Shown here: positions 60,868 to 64,000 of the stretch, piece by piece
Numbering within the stretch: the stretch's first letter is position 1
Layout: each line of letters opens with the position of its first letter
Assembly (NCBI GenBank): GCA_965203965.1
Contig: CBDBDR010000017.1
Span: 32,001-96,000 of the forward strand
Origin: Thermodesulfobacteriota bacterium
GTDB lineage: Bacteria > Desulfobacterota_D > UBA1144 > Nemesobacterales > JAJCZQ01
Direction of reading: 5' to 3'
Length of the DNA stretch: 64,000 nt
Translations under genes and position numbers: made by a program
Notes under the pieces: model-generated
What the model saw: only the letters and a program-made list of their open reading frames with translations
Databases searched by the model: none
What the model was told of the DNA's origin: nothing

Positions 60868-62394
60868 ATGAAGAAGTTGTTTTTTATTGTGGGAGTTTTG
60901 ATCTTATTTTTCAGTGCATCATGTAAGAGAGCAGATGATTTACAAGTTGACAATAAAGAGGAAAAAGTTCAAGTAGAGAAAGAAAATTATATCTCGCCTT
61001 CTACGTCGGATGATAATCTGGAGGATAAGGGAAAAGCACAAGCCATGGCCGCCCAAACCAATGGACTTCCATCTTTTTCAGACTTGGTTGAAGTTCTTAC
61101 ACCGAGTGTGGTAAATATAAGCACAACCAGTACTGTAAATGCAGGAAATTCTTTTCAGTTACCAAGATTTCCATACAGGGAAAATGATCAGCTGGAAGAT
61201 TTCTTCAGACGTTTTTTTGGTAACGTTCCACAACAACAATACAAGAGGCAGGGTCTGGGTTCGGGGTTTATAATAACCGAAGATGGTTACGTAGTAACAA
61301 ATAACCACGTTATAGCTGGAGCAGAAGATATTGACGTGATTCTTGAGGACGGTAAGAGATATAGTGCCGAGGTTGTTGGGAAAGACTCAAAGACCGATTT
61401 GGCGGTCTTGAAGATAGATCCGGATAAAAAATTGAAGACAGTAAATTTTGGTAATTCAAAAAATATTAAAATAGGTGATTGGGTAATTGCGATAGGTAAC
61501 CCGTTTGGATTAGGCTACACGGTTACATCCGGCATAATCAGTGCCACCGGTAGGGCATTGGGACTTGGGGCTTATGATGATTTTATACAAACCGATGCAC
61601 CGTTAAATCCCGGTAACAGCGGAGGACCGCTTTTTAACTTAAATGGAGAGGTTATAGGTGTTAATACTGCAATTGCGGCCAGAGGACAAGGTATTGGTTT
61701 TTCCATACCTATCAATCTGGCGTCGGACGTTATCAATCAATTAAAAGAAAAAGGTGAAGTTGTAAGAGGTTGGTTAGGAGTAATAATACAGGAAGTAACC
61801 CCGGAAATTGCTGAAAGTCTTGAGCTAACGGATACCAAAGGTGCTTTAATTGCTGATGTAAGTCCTGACAGTCCTGCTTCCAAAGCAGAACTGCAAAGAA
61901 AAGATATTGTAATTGCTTTTAATGGTGAAAGCGTAGAGAATTTTTCTGATCTGACGAGATTTGTTGGTGCAAAACCAGATACAGAAGCAGTTTTAACGAT
62001 TATAAGAGACGGAAAGAAGAGGAAGATTAAGGTAAAACTGGGTGAGTTGGAGGATGAAGATAGATCAGGAGGTAAAAGTCAAACAGAGCATGAGTTGGGG
62101 TTGAACGTTACTAAAATTACCCCGAGTATTGTAAACAGATTTAATCTGGACCAAAAAAGTGGAGTTATAGTTGCAAATGTGGTAAGAGGAAGCAGAGCTG
62201 CTGATGCTGGATTTAAGAGAGGAGATATAATAATCAGCGTAGATAAGAAAGAAGTAAAAGATATTAAGGACTACAACAGAATTATAAGAGAGATTATTAA
62301 AAAAGATGATAAGTCGGTTCTTTTTCTGGTAAAGCGAGAGAAAAACACGCTGTATATAGGCATCAGATTTTCTGAGGGTAAAAAGGCTGAATAA
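60868..62394 (+). CDS. DegP/DegQ (HtrA) serine protease with two PDZ domains, possible lipoprotein
   Basis: TNNHV, TDLAV, NPGNSGG; ATG 60868 after aggagg; signal ends SAS-C. Confidence 0.93.
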   Translation: MKKLFFIVGVLILFFSASCKRADDLQVDNKEEKVQVEKENYISPSTSDDNLEDKGKAQAMAAQTNGLPSFSDLVEVLTPSVVNISTTSTVNAGNSFQLPRFPYRENDQLEDFFRRFFGNVPQQQYKRQGLGSGFIITEDGYVVTNNHVIAGAEDIDVILEDGKRYSAEVVGKDSKTDLAVLKIDPDKKLKTVNFGNSKNIKIGDWVIAIGNPFGLGYTVTSGIISATGRALGLGAYDDFIQTDAPLNPGNSGGPLFNLNGEVIGVNTAIAARGQGIGFSIPINLASDVINQLKEKGEVVRGWLGVIIQEVTPEIAESLELTDTKGALIADVSPDSPASKAELQRKDIVIAFNGESVENFSDLTRFVGAKPDTEAVLTIIRDGKKRKIKVKLGELEDEDRSGGKSQTEHELGLNVTKITPSIVNRFNLDQKSGVIVANVVRGSRAADAGFKRGDIIISVDKKEVKDIKDYNRIIREIIKKDDKSVLFLVKREKNTLYIGIRFSEGKKAE

Positions 62395-62395
62395 A

Positions 62396-62839
62396 TCACT
62401 TGGATTGAATATCTAACCTTTTGATGTTTTCAACAACTTGACGGGGTAATCTTACCACTTTTCTATTACTGTAATCGTAGAGCACTATAGCTGTTATTAC
62501 TCTTCCTATTTCTGCCTTGTTTTCCTTACTTAATATCTGATACACAATATCAAAGCCGTACTTGTGAAAATTATTTGCTCCAATGTTGACGATCAGGCTA
62601 TCTTTGTAGAATGACTCTTTTATATACTCTATTACGACTCCTGCAATCATGATCCCGTAGCCTTCTAGGTTCATTTCGCTATAGCCCATTGTATCCAGAA
62701 ACTGCACTCGAGCCTCATGCGTTACAGGAAGAAAAACGTCATGACCGAGGTGACCTCCGTAGTTGATATCGCTTATGCGGAGGGGTATTTCGGTGGTAAA
62801 GATAAAATTATTAGGTAGCTCAACTTTAATTCTTGCCAT
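62396..62839 (-). CDS. Hotdog-fold thioesterase family protein
   Basis: RISDINYGGHLG...HEAR. Confidence 0.85.
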   Translation of the reverse strand: MARIKVELPNNFIFTTEIPLRISDINYGGHLGHDVFLPVTHEARVQFLDTMGYSEMNLEGYGIMIAGVVIEYIKESFYKDSLIVNIGANNFHKYGFDIVYQILSKENKAEIGRVITAIVLYDYSNRKVVRLPRQVVENIKRLDIQSK

Positions 62840-62896
62840 TTTTTACAAATATATAGTTGCTAAACTTATATGCAACAGCTTGTAATTATGAAATCC

Positions 62897-62925
62897 TTGA
62901 TTTTTTGTCTTTGTAAGGTTATCAT
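62897..62925 (+). promoter_or_regulatory. Candidate sigma70 promoter for the PUR gene
   Basis: TTGATT, 17-nt spacer, TATCAT; gaggt RBS before ATG 62965. Confidence 0.4.
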
Positions 62926-62964
62926 TCCATTCCCTGTAGATTGAGAATAATGAGGTAAACAGTA

Positions 62965-63189
62965 ATGGAAAGAAATGACAGAGAGCTTGTGAGCAAGTCT
63001 GTTGGCATTGAATCAAAGACGTTCTTTTTTGATATTAAAGAAAATCAAAAAGGTAAATACTTGAGAATAACTGAGCAGAGTGGGGGTCGTTCCTCCATAG
63101 TAGTTCCCCTGGATGGGGTTAACCTTTTTCAAGATAAACTTGCAGAAATAATAGAAGAATCTGCACCTTTGGTAAAGACAGAAGTTTAA
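62965..63189 (+). CDS. Single-repeat PUR family nucleic-acid-binding protein
   Basis: SKTFFFDIKEN..GKYLRITE..GGRSSIVVP followed by an amphipathic helix. Confidence 0.8.
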   Translation: MERNDRELVSKSVGIESKTFFFDIKENQKGKYLRITEQSGGRSSIVVPLDGVNLFQDKLAEIIEESAPLVKTEV

Positions 63190-63285
63190 TATTGCTGATT
63201 AGTAGAAGACATTTGAAAAATTGATTGTTTTGCTTTTGTTTTTCTCAAAAATTTTCTCATCCGTTTCAAGGCAATGTAGCGTCTA

Positions 63286-64000
63286 TTAATTATTACTTAC
63301 TGCCCTTGCATTTTTGACAGTAATTCTCATGTTCTTTTCATTTGGTAAAATTACTATCAAGCCTAATTTTATGTTTTTGTAAGTTTTTGTTGAATTAGGT
63401 GGCAATATTTCCTTCAAGGTAAAATCATTTGATGCGAGTTGTGTTCCTACAGAAGATAGGAATTCAACTTCAAAATCAATTGCTGTATAAGCAATTTCAC
63501 TTTTGTTCTCCAGTGTCAATTCCCTGATAATACCCACTGAGCCTGGTATCCCACTTCCCCACCTGAATTTTTTTATTTGGATGTTATGTTCAGGAATTTG
63601 CAATTCATTATTACTTATGTAATTAGGGTCTTGTTTTTTTTCAACTGATATTCTATCTGCAGTATTTTCTTCTGGCATAGTTTTTTTATCAAACTGCTTA
63701 GGTTCATCCTGGTATTTTTGTAACTTTGCCAACTTGTTGGGGGTTTTTACATTTTGATACTTATCCTGCTTTTTTCTAATTATATATCTCAACTCTTTGT
63801 CCGATATTTTCTTCGCGTCGGAAACATAAATATTCAGGTTGGCAGAGTTGGGATTTTTGAATCCTGCATTAACATTAGTATAAGTTGACGTTGATTGCGC
63901 AGGCAGAATATCATGTATTGTGACACTTGTGTTGTATACTTTTTCATAATCCCTTCTGTCTTTTTTTTTATAACCGTCAATGTTGAGTTTAATGTTTTTA
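63286..64000 (-). CDS. Hypothetical protein with two related beta-rich domains; starts beyond the right edge
   Basis: Frame is open from 63286 to the window end; TIHDILPAQSTSTYTNV resembles TLKEILPPNSTKTYKNI. Confidence 0.7.
   Translation of the reverse strand, partial: KNIKLNIDGYKKKDRRDYEKVYNTSVTIHDILPAQSTSTYTNVNAGFKNPNSANLNIYVSDAKKISDKELRYIIRKKQDKYQNVKTPNKLAKLQKYQDEPKQFDKKTMPEENTADRISVEKKQDPNYISNNELQIPEHNIQIKKFRWGSGIPGSVGIIRELTLENKSEIAYTAIDFEVEFLSSVGTQLASNDFTLKEILPPNSTKTYKNIKLGLIVILPNEKNMRITVKNARAVSNN

Overview
AT-rich, compact bacterial chromosome segment, mostly housekeeping genes (purM, surE, rnhB, dapA, asd, etfBA, hemW, dprA, topA, recG, sucAB, aspS, era, hisIE, rpoZ, ssb, glmUS, purD, rpsL-rpsG-fusA, lspA, ribE, aroK, a DegP protease) plus tRNA-Pro(GGG). 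The merR-tRNA-Pro-surE order and protein styles suggest a deltaproteobacteria-like lineage, possibly Dadabacteria-like; this is unverified inference. The main feature is absent from the ORF track: bases 1170 to <1 (minus strand) are an uninterrupted 390-codon frame encoding the N-terminus of a Francisella-type (subtype II-B) Cas9, running off the left edge, preceded by a hairpin-rich 279-bp intergenic region. No CRISPR array lies in the window. Other notable items: a tandem pair of FmdB-type zinc-ribbon proteins sharing an unusual ~70-80 aa insertion; a 5'-truncated PemK/MazF-like gene abutting the tRNA 3' end; a frameshifted Sel1-repeat pseudogene where tuf usually follows fusA; an internally deleted asparagine-synthase-like relic; recent intragenic duplications (168 bp in topA, 930 bp in a GT2); a small wzm-wzt-glycosyltransferase island; a single-repeat PUR protein; and pervasive break-up of usually conserved operons. 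Family assignments come from motifs read by eye and recalled family sequences; no database searches were run.
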